NCBI GenBank assembly: GCA_958009085.1
Contig: OY253677.1
Coordinates: 806,001-870,000, forward strand
From: Protoeuglena noctilucae
Lineage: Eukaryota
Direction of reading: 5' to 3'
Length of the DNA stretch: 64,000 bases
Every line of letters starts with the position of its first letter. Position 1 is the first letter of the stretch. A program made the position numbers and the translations under genes. The notes under the pieces are model-generated. The model did no database searches. It was given only the letters and a program-made list of their open reading frames with translations, and was not told where the DNA came from. Shown one piece after another: positions 25,059-37,255 of this stretch.

Positions 25059-27316
25059 TCACCCCCGCCCCCCCTTGTCACTCCCACCCCCCTCCCCTCC
25101 CTTGCTCCCATGCCCCCCACCCCCCTCCGCCCTTTGCATCCCCGCCAACAGCCCCGCCAGCGCAATCACCGACCCCCCCACCCACCCCGCCACCCCCATC
25201 GTCTCCTGACTCAGCATCACCATGGTCGCCAGAGATGACCAGAGAGACGTGGTGGAGTAAATGACCTGAACGCGACCAGGGAGACTATGCCAGTTATGGG
25301 AAGGGGCAGTTATGGTAGTGCTACACTTGCCATACAAATGCATAGGACAACGAACGTTTATGAACAAGTAACTAAGTAGTGGCACCGTTCGCAAAGCAGA
25401 CACCCCCACCCCCCTAACACCCCCTCCACACCTGCGCCTGTGCGGCGGGCACCGTCCTCTGCCCCACGGCCTGCAGCAGCCCCGCCATCGCCCCAGGCAC
25501 GACGCCGATATACAGCAGCCACCCCCACACTTGCGGGCTGCTCGCCCAAGCCGGGATGGTGAACAAGGGGGCCGCCACAGAAGCAGCTCCGTGGATGTTA
25601 GTGAGTGGGAGTGAGGGGAGGTGCTGGGAGGTGAACCAGAGTACCGCGAATGCTAAGAGGGCGTTGTGGCGGGCCGAGGCGAGGCGTGCGGGGTCGAAGC
25701 GGCGGGCGTAGCAGGACAGGCGGACTGGGGGGGGGAGGGAGAGGGGGGTGGTGTGTGAGGGGAGGTGGGTGTGTGGTAGGTGGGTGTGAGGGGGGAGGGA
25801 TGCTTCTTAGTGCGGTGAAGGACACAGTCAAAAAAAACATCACACCATACACGCACACAACACACCCCCTCACCTGTTGCCATGGCGTAAAACGCGCACG
25901 CTGCCACGACCATCGCGTCCCCTGTTAAGCTCCCCGCCGCCACCGACGCCGCCCCGTGCGCCGCCCCTCCCAGCCCCGCGTGATCGAAGGAGATCAGCAG
26001 CGCGCCGCCCAGTGCCCCCACGCAGCAGAGCCAGGTGCGGGAGGTGACGCGTTCGCCTTTGAGGTAGGCCAGGGCGGGGACCAGGAGGGAGATGAGCTGG
26101 ATGAGGAAGCCGGCACTGGGGGGGTGACGGGTGAGAGGGTGAGGGTGAGAGGGAGATGAGCTGGATGAGGAAGCTGGCACTGGGGGGGGAGGGGCGGGGT
26201 GAGAGGTGGGGTGGCAGAGTGGGTAACGTCGCAGCTGCAGTGTCAATGCAGTACCGACTGCCCCACTCTCACAGCCAGCGTCCCTCTCATGCACCACGCT
26301 TGCCCCTCACCGCAGACTGGACGTCAGCGACAGCCCCAGCGCCTGCATCGACGACCCCCCAAAGTACCAGGCACCCAACTCCAGTCCCGCCAAGGGCTGC
26401 GAGGAGAAGACAGAGAGAGTAGTGTGGTGACATGACTGATAGTCCCTACTGACTATCAATGATGACAGTGATCACAGCGACATGCATCGCATCTTCACCC
26501 CCCCCACCACCCATGTGCCTCACCAGGGCGTTGAAGGTCACGTTGAGCGCGCGGCGGATGGGATGGGCCATATTGGTGGACGACGGGACGCTCGCGAGGC
26601 CCCACAGCACCGACTCCTCCCCCTTACTCGCACCCGCACTGCTACCCGCACCCGCACCGTTCCCCGCCCCGGGTTTGGTCCCTGCCGCGTCGCGGTCGGT
26701 GCGCGCGGGCGCGTGTCCCGCGCCGATGCCGGGCGCGGCGGCGGAGAGCGCCGCGAGGCTCGCGGCGGAGACAAAGCCCTTGACCAGCATCACGCTCGAG
26801 GGGTCGGGGGCGACCGGGAGCGAGTAGACGGTCTTGAGCGAGGGCGAGTAGGATCCCCATAAAATCGCCACGCCGAGAAGAGCCAGACGACCGACGAGGT
26901 CGGGCGCGGCGAGGCCAGGGGCATCGGTAGGGGCGGGTGCAGTGGCGGACGGGGAGGTCGACGGGCCCGCGCTGGGGTCTTCCGGAGCGCTTCGGCCCCG
27001 GAAACGCAGCGTCGGATGATTCGCGTCGTTCGCGGCGTCCGCGAGCGCCGGGTCCGAAGCTCCGACGTCGCGCGGGGCCGCAGGAGCGAGGCGTTGCGCA
27101 GATACGCCCTCTTCCACCTGCGCGCGAGACGCGACGGGGATGCGCGTCGATGGAGGAGATCGCGATCACATCGAAGGACCGGAATCGGCGGCGTCGCGGG
27201 GCGCGGCTCGCCTCGGGGGGCGTCGCCATGACGCGTGGCGACATCCGGCGCTTGGAGGCCGGCGGGCGCGGCGCGGTGGAGCCGATGCAGACGCAAACGG
27301 ATCCGCTGGCTCGCAT
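25059..27316 (-). CDS. EamA/DMT family transporter, probably plastid-targeted
   Basis: LLGVAILWGSYSP, AGLELGAWYFGGSSMQALGL, AGFLIQLISLLVP, LQAVGQRTVPAAQAQVIYS, GWVGGSVIALA; ends TGA. Confidence 0.9.
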
Positions 27317-28240
27317 GGTCGCGGAGCACGTGCAGGCGCGCGCGAGCGGCGTCAGGGGCGTCGGGGGCGGCGCGGGGAGGGGCGCCGCCAGGGCAGGGCC
27401 GATGACGTCCCTCGTCGCGCACAGGCAGCTGCGTGGGGCGGGGTGACGGGTCGCGCTCGTCCCAGGACGTCTATCTCTGCCGTCTCCGAGCGAAACTGCG
27501 ACAGCCACGCGCGGAGCCGGCAAACGCCCCTGCCCTCACCGCTAGGGCACGCAGGCTCCGCACCTCTGCATCGTGGCGTCGGCCGAGCAAAGAGCCGCGC
27601 AAGCGACGGAAGCGTTACTCAGTCTCGTCTGCGAGCGCGGGGCCAAGAGCTCGCGGTTTCGGGACTCCTCGCACCGTTGACCTTTTCACTGCCCCAATGC
27701 GGGGCGGCCGCGGTCGCTCCCAGCGCGTTCGCCATCACACCGCGCACATCGAGGCGCGAAGTCAATCACGCAATGCCAATGGGGCCAAGTCACGACTCAT
27801 GTGGGCGATGCCACCGACCTTACGCGCGAGGCAGCCTTGTCAGCGGGAAAGGGGCACGTCGGGCGTCCTTAGCCTCGGCCTCCATTCACGACGCGGGACT
27901 GGATGACAGAGCAATGATTGGCGGCTATGATGAAGTCCACAGCTCGCGCAGTAGCTCGTCGCATGCGCGCGCACGGCCTCTGCGCACGCGAGACGACGAT
28001 GTGGTACCGAGGTATCGCAACCAGGATACCATGCGAAGCACAACCCGCGCGGGGAGGAGGAAGCAGGCGGCGCTCGCTGGCATTTCGGGGCGCCAGTAAA
28101 CCGACAGCCCCTTTTCCCCGGCGAACGGAGGGCCCGCCGTAGTTCCCCACCCTGCATGCGCTGTACTGCACGGCTCATTTCCCTGAAATATCGGGACGCG
28201 AGGCCGAAGAGGCTAGGAGGGGGGAGCGACAGGGGGGAAC

Positions 28241-31200
28241 ATGTCGCAGCGGCTTGTGTTGCAGGTATTTGAGAAATACCAGAAGGAGAGGGTGGCGTTC
28301 GTGACGTCGGTGGCAGAGATGGCGACGAGGCCACAGGTGCGCCCGCCTGCGCGCGCTGGGAGACGGGCTCCCCCCTGTCGGCACTCGTTTGCGACGCTCC
28401 GGGTTCCGCCGTGCCATCCGCTCACCCTGGAGCAAGGGATTTGCATCGAATGCTAGGCTGGACGCGTCGTCGCTCCATGCGCGACGGTCCCGGCTCGGCA
28501 TTCGGGGTTGCCGTGGCATTCCCCGGCCTGGGAGAGCGCGTGCCTAGGAAGCCAATGCGTCTTGCTCGTTACCGCATCGTGAGGTGTGTGAGGCGATTGC
28601 ATCTGGGCCGGGACGTCCCCATCCCGCGCCAGAAGCCACTTGGCGCTGCGGGAGACCTTTCGCTGTGGCAGAGGCGCCCCGCTCGCGCCCCGTGCCCGCC
28701 GGCAGTTGCTCGCGTTGCCACTACTAGATCCCAGTGTATATGTTCGTTGCCCTGCTTACCCGCGCGCCTTGCCCCGGGCACCCTCGCGGGCTCGCTATGC
28801 CCGACATCCTCGGCAACATGTGCCCCGTGTCTGGCGCCCCTGTTCCCCCCGCACGCGCCCCGCCTTCTCATGCACTTTCTTTGACGTCTATCGCGACTAT
28901 CGCCGCGGAAGCGGGGTCTTCCGACGCCCCATGCTGCCGTTGCGCGCCCTTTTCCTGTTTGCCACGCTTCTGCCACCCCGCTCTCGCGCTTCTCGCGCTT
29001 CCGCCACCCCGCGCCACATGTTGTGACCTCTTCGTTTCCTCAGAATATCGAGGCCTTGTAACAGGCGGGTGTGATGGCGCTCCTGCGGCCGCTGCTGCTC
29101 GACAATGTACCCAGGTGAGCGCAGCGCCCCGCTCGTCGCGCCCCCGGGCGTCAAATGTTACTAAGCGGCCATGTGATTGATTCCAAACGTCTTCTTGCCG
29201 TCTCCCGCCCGCAGCATCCAGCAGTCGGCGGCCCTGGCCCTCGGGCGCCTGGCCAACTACAGCGACGACCTCGCCGAGGCCGTCGTGCAGAATGAGATCC
29301 TTCCCCAGCTCGTCTACTCGCTCAGGTGAGTCGCGGGCGACGCGGGCACGTAGCGGGACAGCCTGTTGCAATTCGCTTCCTAGAGCAGTGGGCACACACA
29401 CATGCACCGTTCGTACCCGACGGCACAGCTCTCCTTCCCTCGGCCCGACACGGGTCGTCACCGTGCTCGCATTCATGGTATCACACCGTGATGACCTGTC
29501 ACCATCACTTCATCACCATCGCCACCTCCCGCAACCACTGCCACAGCCGCCAACGCCACCTGTCCTCCCCGCGCCCCTCGCCCCGCAGTGAACAGAACCG
29601 CTTTTACAAGAAGGCCGCGGCCTTCTGCCTCCGCGCCGTCGCCAAGCACTCCCCGCAGCTGGCCCAGGCCGTCATCGACTCGGGTGCCCTCGACGCCCTC
29701 GTGGTGTGCCTGGAGGAATTCGACCCGGGCGTGAAGGAGGCAGCCGCGTGGGTGAGTTACTGCTTGTCCCATGGCGACGGGCACGCAGGGAGCCCACTTT
29801 GCCCAGTTGCGACGGGCACGCAGGTGGCATGTGTGGCGTGTCTCCCTGTGTCCCTGTCTGCTCTTGTCCAGCTGACGGCGCGTGCGTGGAGTCCCTCGCC
29901 TGCATCACATCCCTTGGGTGCCACTACTCGACACCCCCGCACACTGCGGCGCCGTTGAGAGCCGTAACACTCTCTCTCACTCTTTATCAGTGACTTCCCG
30001 ATATCCCCACATGCGTCTGAGCAACCCCATCCCCCTCCCCGCAGTCCCTGGGGTACATCGCCGGTCACATGGCCGACCTGGCGCAGCAGGTGGTGGACGC
30101 GGGTGCGGTGCCGCTCCTCGTGCTGTGCGTCCAGGAGCCCGAGCTGTCCCTCAAGCGCATCGCGGCTTCGGCGCTGTCGGACGTGGCCAAGCACACGCCC
30201 GAGCTGGCCCAGGCGGTGGTGGACGCGGGGGCCGTGGCGTACCTGGCGCCCCTCGTGGTGTCGCAGGACGCCAAGCTCAAGAGGCAGGTCTGCGGGGCGC
30301 TGGCGCAGGTGAGGGGGGCGAAAGAGGGAAGGAGAGAGGTCGGCACGTGGGGCAAACCGAACACACTTTCCATCGCGTCTCTTCCTCTGCGTGCCATGCG
30401 TAATTCACGCCCGCCCCTCTCACGTGCCCCTCTTTGCCTCGTGGTCCCCTGGTACCGCACTTTTGTCACTTCCCCACACACGGCACCTCCCTCCTTGCAC
30501 ATCCCCACACCCCGTCCCCTCACGCCCCTCGCCCCCCTGCTCCCCCCAGATCGCCAAGCACTCGGTGGACCTGGCCGAGGTGGTGGTGGAGGCGGAGATC
30601 TTCCCCAAGGTGCTCACGTGCCTGCGCTTCCCGGACGACTTGGTCAAGAAGCACGCGGCCACGGTGGTGCGGGAGGTGGCCAAGCACACGCCCGAGCTGG
30701 CGCAGCTGATCGTGGGCAACGGCGGCGTGGGCGCGCTGGTCGACTACGTCTCGGACAGCCGGGGCAACAACCGCCTCCCCGGCATCATGGCCCTGGGCTA
30801 CATCGCGGCCTTCAGCGAGACACTGGCGCTAAGCGTGGTGGCCGAGAAGGGCCTGCCGCCGCTCGTGGCGGCGCTGCGGGAGGAACAGGAGGACTACATG
30901 AAGTCCGCGGCTGCTTGGTCGCTGGGGCAGATCGGCCGGCACACGCCCGACCACGCCAAGGCCGTCGCCGACACGGGCGTGCTGCCCCAGCTGGTGACGC
31001 TCGAGTCGGACCCGGCGTCCAGCGAGGACCTGCGGACCAAGTGCAAGCGGGCGCTCAAGGCCGTCGTGGCCAAGCTCACGCACCTCCCGGCCCTCGACGC
31101 CCTGGTGCACCGCAGGTACGGGCAGATTTGCATGATATTAGAGACACAGCTGCGGGCGGCAGCTGCATGACAGCAGAGACGCAGCTGCACCCGGCGTGAT

Positions 31201-31524
31201 TCGAACCTCGGACTCTCTCTCTCTCCCTTACCCTTACCCTCGCCCCTCCTCCCCGTCCGCAGCCTGCCAGAGTCCATCATGAAGATGGTCCTGGAGCAGA
31301 TCGGCAAGGTCCTGGCGGCGGACCCGTCCAGCCGGTCGCAGTTCGTGCACTCGGGAGGCCTCGCGGCGGTGCAGCAGATGGCCGAGGCGCCCGGGTCGAC
31401 GCTGCGGGAGGTCGTGGAGATCATCAACAGCAACTACCCGGAGGAGATCGTCAAGTACTACTCGCCGGGATACTCCCAGCAGCTGCTCGCGAAGCTCGAG
31501 GCCGCCGTGCAGCCCACGGCTTGA
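28241..31524 (+). CDS. PF16: Axoneme central-apparatus armadillo-repeat protein PF16/SPAG6, 7 exons, in-frame TAA in exon 2
   Basis: MSQRLVLQVFEKYQKERV..., NIEAL*QAGVMALLRPLLLDNVPSIQQSAALALGRLANYSDDLAEAVV, EIVKYYSPGYSQQLL; closely matches Chlamydomonas PF16 as recalled. Confidence 0.95.
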
Positions 31525-31771
31525 TGTGGCTGGTTGTGAGGGCCTGCGACGCATGGCAGAGATTGAATCCGGGGCCGACGCTCGCGTGCATCGTAACGTG
31601 GCTGTTTTTCAAGCTGCACGGAGTGTGCAGAAGCGCGTGTCGTGGTCTCCCGGGCTCGCGGCGGCCTCGGTCTGACATGGGGGATGACTGGCGCAGACGG
31701 CTGGGGCCTTGTCCCGGGGGCCGATCCGTGTTCCGGGAACAAACCCGCTTTGCGCGATTCTCGCCGCGGAC

Positions 31772-34009
31772 ATGAACGTCGTCAAGGGGGCCGTGGCGAA
31801 CCTGGGCGCGTTGGCATCCGGAGTTCTGGGTTTGGGAAAGAGGCGCGAGATGGAGCCCAAGCGCGTGCTCATCACCGGCGCGGCAGGTGCGACCGTCGTG
31901 TTATCATCGTTTTGGCCGCTCGAGGGAACCACCCAGTCCCGTCCTCCCCGGATCGCGACGCGCGAGGGACCCGCCCTGGGCCCGGCCACCGCGCTCCGGG
32001 AGGGGCTTTTTCGCGCCTCACTTGGTCTCCGATGGGCGATTGATGACACCAAGACTGACCGGACCGACTCTGAGGCCTCCGTGTCGCTTGGACCGGGCGC
32101 TTGGATGGCCTCAGCGTGGCTGCAAACAACGGCGTCGCAGCTGGCGCCTGGGCCGCATCGGGCGCGGATATGTGCTGCTCTGCGTGGTTCAGCTGTTCTC
32201 TTGCGCCGATTTACGGATTACAGCGGCATTTCGTCCACGCACGGCGCCTGTGCGTGCGTTTTTGCTCATGCGGGGCACGCCCGCCTCTCCGGCGCGCCGG
32301 GGCCGCCGGGGGCGCCTGAGACCTTTTGGATGGCGTTTCATATGCACATCGCACACCACGTGCTCCCCATACCCTGCCGCGCGCGCTCGCAGCTCGCGTT
32401 TGGGCCCGTCTCCCCTTGCCGCTCTGTTACACGCCGCGGGCCGCGCTCCGCCACTCCGCTGAGCCCCGTTTCGGGCCATGCTCGCTGCATTACGTACCAA
32501 GCACGCGTCACAACCTCCCAAGCTTCCCCGAGCGCTTGCATCCATCCCCAGACGTGCGTGACCCTCGCAGGCCAGATCGGCTACGTGCTCGCCCCGATGG
32601 TGGCGATGGGTGAGATGCTCGGCCGCGACCAGCCCGTGATCCTCCACCTGCTGGACATTGAGCGTGCGGCCAACCCCCTTAAGGGATTGGAGATGGAGCT
32701 CATCGATGCTGCGTTCCCCCTGCTGCGGGTGAGACTGGGAAATGGACATCACATTGACAATGGATCAATGCATTGGAGATGGAGATGGAGGGGTGGGCTC
32801 ATTGATGCACCCTGTTGCACCCAAACAGCCCCTCCCCCACCCCTCTCGTTCACCCCATCTCACACCCCCACCCCACTGCCACCCACTCAGGGCGTGGTGA
32901 CCACCTTCAGCCTGGAGGAGGCCTGCAAGGACGTCGACATCGCCGTGCTGGTCGGGGGCTTCCCCCGTGGGCCGGGGATGGAGAGGAAGGATCTCATGGC
33001 CAAGAACGCCCCCATCTTCGGACCCCAGGGCAAGGCGCTGAATGACTTCGCCAAGCCGGACGTGCGGGTGCTCGTGGTCGCCAACCCCGCCAACACCAAC
33101 GCGTGGATCGTGGCGCAGGTGAGGGGGTATGCAGTGTATACCTCACATCGAAAGTCCCACACCACCGCCACTGACCACACAGCCGCTCAGCCGCTCCCCA
33201 CAGCCACTCACCACTCACACCCCCTCCCCCCCCAGAACGCCCCCCGCATCCCCCCCTCCCACATCACCGCCCTCACCCGCCTCGACCACAACCGCGCCGT
33301 GGGGCAGGTGGCCCTGCGCGCCAAGGTCCCCGTCAGCGACGTTCGCAACGTGATTATCTGGGGCAACCACTCCTCCACCCAATACCCCGACGTCAATCAC
33401 GCGAGTGTCCGCGGCAAGCCGGCCAGGGAGGTGCTGCGGGATGATGCCTATTTGGACGGTCCCTTTGTGAGCGAGATCCAGCAGAGGGGCAAGGCGGTGA
33501 TCAACCTGCGGGGCGCGTCGAGCGCGCTGTCTGCCGCTCACTCGGCGTGCGACCACGTGCGTGACTGGGTGCTGGGCACGCCTTCTGGGGCGTTTGTGTC
33601 CATGGCGGTCATGAGCAAGGGGGAGTACGGCGTGCCGGCTGGGATCGTGTACTCATTCCCCGTCAAGTGCAAGGTGTGGAACGAGAGGGGTTGTGTGTAA
33701 TGTGTAACTAGACATGGCTTTGTTTGCAGTAGTAGTAGTGCCCAGTGGGATCGTGTACTCATTCCCCGTCAAGTGCAAGGTGAGGGATGATGGGCTATGG
33801 ATGAAGTGACTTGACGTAACGTCATCCGTTCCCGTTACATCATTAGTCACTCTTATATCTCACCTCACCTTCCATCGTTCTCGCAGAACGGGGAGTGGGA
33901 GATTGTTCAGGGCCTGGACATCGACGCTCGCTCGCGTGGCCTCATGGACGCCACGGCGCAGGAGCTGGTGGAGGAGCAGGGGGAAGCCAAGGCGGCGCTG
34001 GGGATGTGA
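31772..34009 (+). CDS. MDH: NAD-malate dehydrogenase, cytosolic type, 5 exons
   Basis: [67 protein letters not shown]; ends TGA. Confidence 0.95.
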
Positions 34010-34448
34010 GAAGAGAGAGATGGGGATATCGGGTGCTTGAGGCGCAAAGTGTGTTGTGGAAGAGTACATGAGATGGGGTGGTCGAGGAGCAGGGGGGAGC
34101 CAGGGCGGCGCTGGGTATGTGAGGTGTGAGAGATGGGGATATCGGGTGTTTGGTGCAACACGTGTGTGTTGAAACGCAACGTGAGTTTCAAAAGACACGA
34201 TAACGATTGTGAGTGGTCCCGATGTCATTCAAACGCCAGCTTGCGATGCCATCGCTAGGGTGAAAGGGTGAGGCCATCTACCGTAGACTATCTATGTTAG
34301 TCACCCATGCATGAGACGCTGACATCGCCTCATCTGCCCTCTGCCCCATGCACTGCACATAGATAGTCTACACTAGTCTCACCACCATAAAGCCCAACAG
34401 TCCCGCATGGTGCCTGGCATAGCATATATCGTCTAATCGTCCTCGTCC

Positions 34449-36770
34449 TCATCGGGAACCTCTATCAATGGCAGCTTGCCATGACTCCTGATCACCGGCA
34501 GCCCCACTCCCCCCCGCCCCACCAGCCCCACTCCGCCCTGCCCCACTCCCACTCCCCCCCCTGTCCCCAGCCCCACTAACCCCACTTGTCCCCGCCCCAC
34601 TCGTCCTAACCCCACTCTTACTCCCCTCACTAACCCCACTATCACTTGTCTCACTCCATCTCATCCCACTCGACTCCGCCCCACTCCCCCACTCCCCCTC
34701 CCCATCCCCACGCCTCTCCCCAACCGCGTTCCCTCGCCCGCACCCCTCCATCTCCCCCTCAGATGACGAGGTTTCTGACAGAGAGGTGGGCACCGTGCCA
34801 CGCCCACTGCCCCCTTTGCCCCCCTTCGCACCCCCCCTCCCCGCCCCTTCCATCTTCACACCCCCCCGTTGCAATGGCACCTTCAGTGGCAATCCCTTGC
34901 CACCCCTGCCCCCCGCCCCCTTCTTGCCACCACCCCCGCCACCCTTATTGCCACCCTTGCCACCCCCGCTGCCACCCCCACTGCCACCCCCGTTGCCCCC
35001 CGCTCCCTCCTTGCCACCCCCCTGCTGTGCCCGCTTGCCCTTCCCCCCATTGCCCGCGCGCTTTTCGACGTACAGGGCCCTGCACGCAGCGACGGCGGTG
35101 CATGTTTGAAAAATTACAGAATTATAGATAGAATTATGTAATAAGATGTAGAGCATCCAAGGCACGTGATTGCTATCCATGAGCTCGTCCAGCGTCGCCC
35201 CCACTCCCTCCCCAACATCCCTCATATCTCATACTACCCAAGTTAATATCCACATCATTTATCATTACTATCCCATATCTCGTATCCCTCACCCGAGGTC
35301 GTCCAGCATGGCCCTCACGCCCGCCTCCCACCCCTCGTGCCACTGGCCCCTCAAGTCCTCACCACCCCCGTGACGCATGCCCACTTGAGGGTAATCACGC
35401 CAGAAACCCTCGGGATAGGCTGCGGGGGGAGGGGCCAGCAGGTGCACGTGAGTGTGGGTGCGGGTGAAGAGCAGGCGGGACTAGTCACATGAAACAGAGA
35501 TTAAGAGTTGTGCTTGCCAGGAAACACACAATCTCCGCCTGCCAATCACGCCGCTACCTCCGCAGCCCTAACCCTGCGCCTCCCTTCCTTGCCCCAGTCA
35601 CTCACTCACGCATCCACACCCCCGCCCCCCGTCAACCACATCCCCCCGCTCTAACTCTCACTCACTCCAAAACACCACCCCAGTCCCGGCACCAGCTGCC
35701 CCCCCACCGCCCTTGCCCTACTCACGCAACGGCCACTGCCCCGCATCTTTCGCCGCCTGTCGCTTTTCCCAATCCTCCCGCAGCTCTCTCCTCCGCTCCT
35801 GGAACTCCACGAACCTCTCCCGCAGCGTCCGGACCGCGCCCGGGCCTTCCAGCACCCCCTCTTGCATCTGCGGGGATCGAACCCGGGATCGCTCGCGACG
35901 CGGCCCGGAAACGACGGCCCTCAGCCACGACATCGTGTGCATTTCCTCACGTCGCGGTCGAGGTAGAGGGAAACGGCCTTCAGAAGCTTGACAGTGGCTT
36001 TGTTTTTGATGAAATCATCCGGCCTCTCGGGCGGTTCCACCGTCAGGCCGCCGGGGCCAAACTTGTACTTGTGCCCAAACACCGGGCACTCGTACGACGT
36101 GTACCTCATGCCGGATGCGTTCACGGGGACATACTTGTGAATTTTCTTGAAGAGAACTCGCTGCGGGAGAGGACAAGCGGCGTGGCGGTCGGGCCGGCGG
36201 GCGCGGCAGGACGAAAAACACGCAGCCGACCGAGCAGACGTCCCCGTGCCCGGCTCCGCAGCCGATTTCGACGGAAACGAGCGCGACTCACGCACCTCTG
36301 ATTAAGGGTCTTCCTCGTCATCCCAGACGATCTCGAAGGTGCTCAAATCGGGGAACTGGGACTGCAGCGCATGTACAAGCGCAGGCCTCACAGTCTTCCA
36401 GGGCGCCGCGATGAATGGCAAGCCACTTTGTGTACAACCAATAACTTCTCCCAGCGCCGCCTCACCGGGTCGACGCGCCGGTTGTTGGTGGAGGCGACGA
36501 AGGCGCTCTTGATGAGCCCCTTCCTCCCCGTCTCGGGGTCCCGCGCCTCGGCGCCGATGTACTGGCGCCATTCCTTGATGTCATGGTACGGTGTCGTGTA
36601 CCTGCGCGTGCGAAGAAAGGCTCAGAAGCTCTCTCCCAACTGCGCCTGCCGCAACGATGCAAACCGCGATCCGTCGACGGCCCTCACCTGGCCACAGGAT
36701 GACCACGCGAAGGGGCCACGTTCACGGGATCGCCGGGGTCGCCGGCCGACGACTGAGTCGCAGTCGTCAT
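34449..36770 (-). CDS. Hypothetical protein with Tudor-like N-terminal segment, ~7 exons, in-frame TAA in exon 3
   Basis: Phase-consistent splicing gives ...YIGAEARDPETGRKGLIKSAFV...TFEIVWDDEEDP*SERVLFKKIHKYV...; Gly/Ser-rich tail ends TGA. Confidence 0.6.
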
Positions 36771-37255
36771 ATCATCGACGGTTGCCTGCTCTCAGATGCA
36801 CGCAGCCCTAGCACATTTCCAATCGCCACCCACTCCACTTGCACGCGACTACCCATCGCGCCAGGGAGCCGATTGCAGAAATGCGCGTCGAGGTGTTTTG
36901 GCAACTCGTTGTCAACGCCAGTGTTTCGGACCCCAGGGCAGGGGATTCGAAACCTTTTCCGAGCGTCACCGCTGCGCCGCTGTGTTCAACAGCCGCTGCG
37001 GTAACGGCGCCGCGCTGCCGATCAACGTCACGCGCGTGCAGTGCGCCTGGGACATTCCAACTAAGCCTGCTAAGAGCGTCACTCCCGGAGCGGCTTGCGC
37101 GCGTCCAGGTCGAGCTTGATGTGATGCGTCGTGTGCTCCACGGCAGATCCCCTCCCGCGCCACTGCAGAGGCGGACTGCAGTCAACAACGGGGGCGGGAC
37201 GTGAGCGTGGGAGGGGCAGGGCAGGGCGGCGTCGCCCTCAAAAGTGCATGGGCCA

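Noticed and set aside
31709..33700. 663-aa ORF and other long six-frame ORFs (e.g. 16034-17572, 44363-45595)
   Set aside because: Read-through of introns or antisense shadows in GC-rich DNA; real genes are spliced
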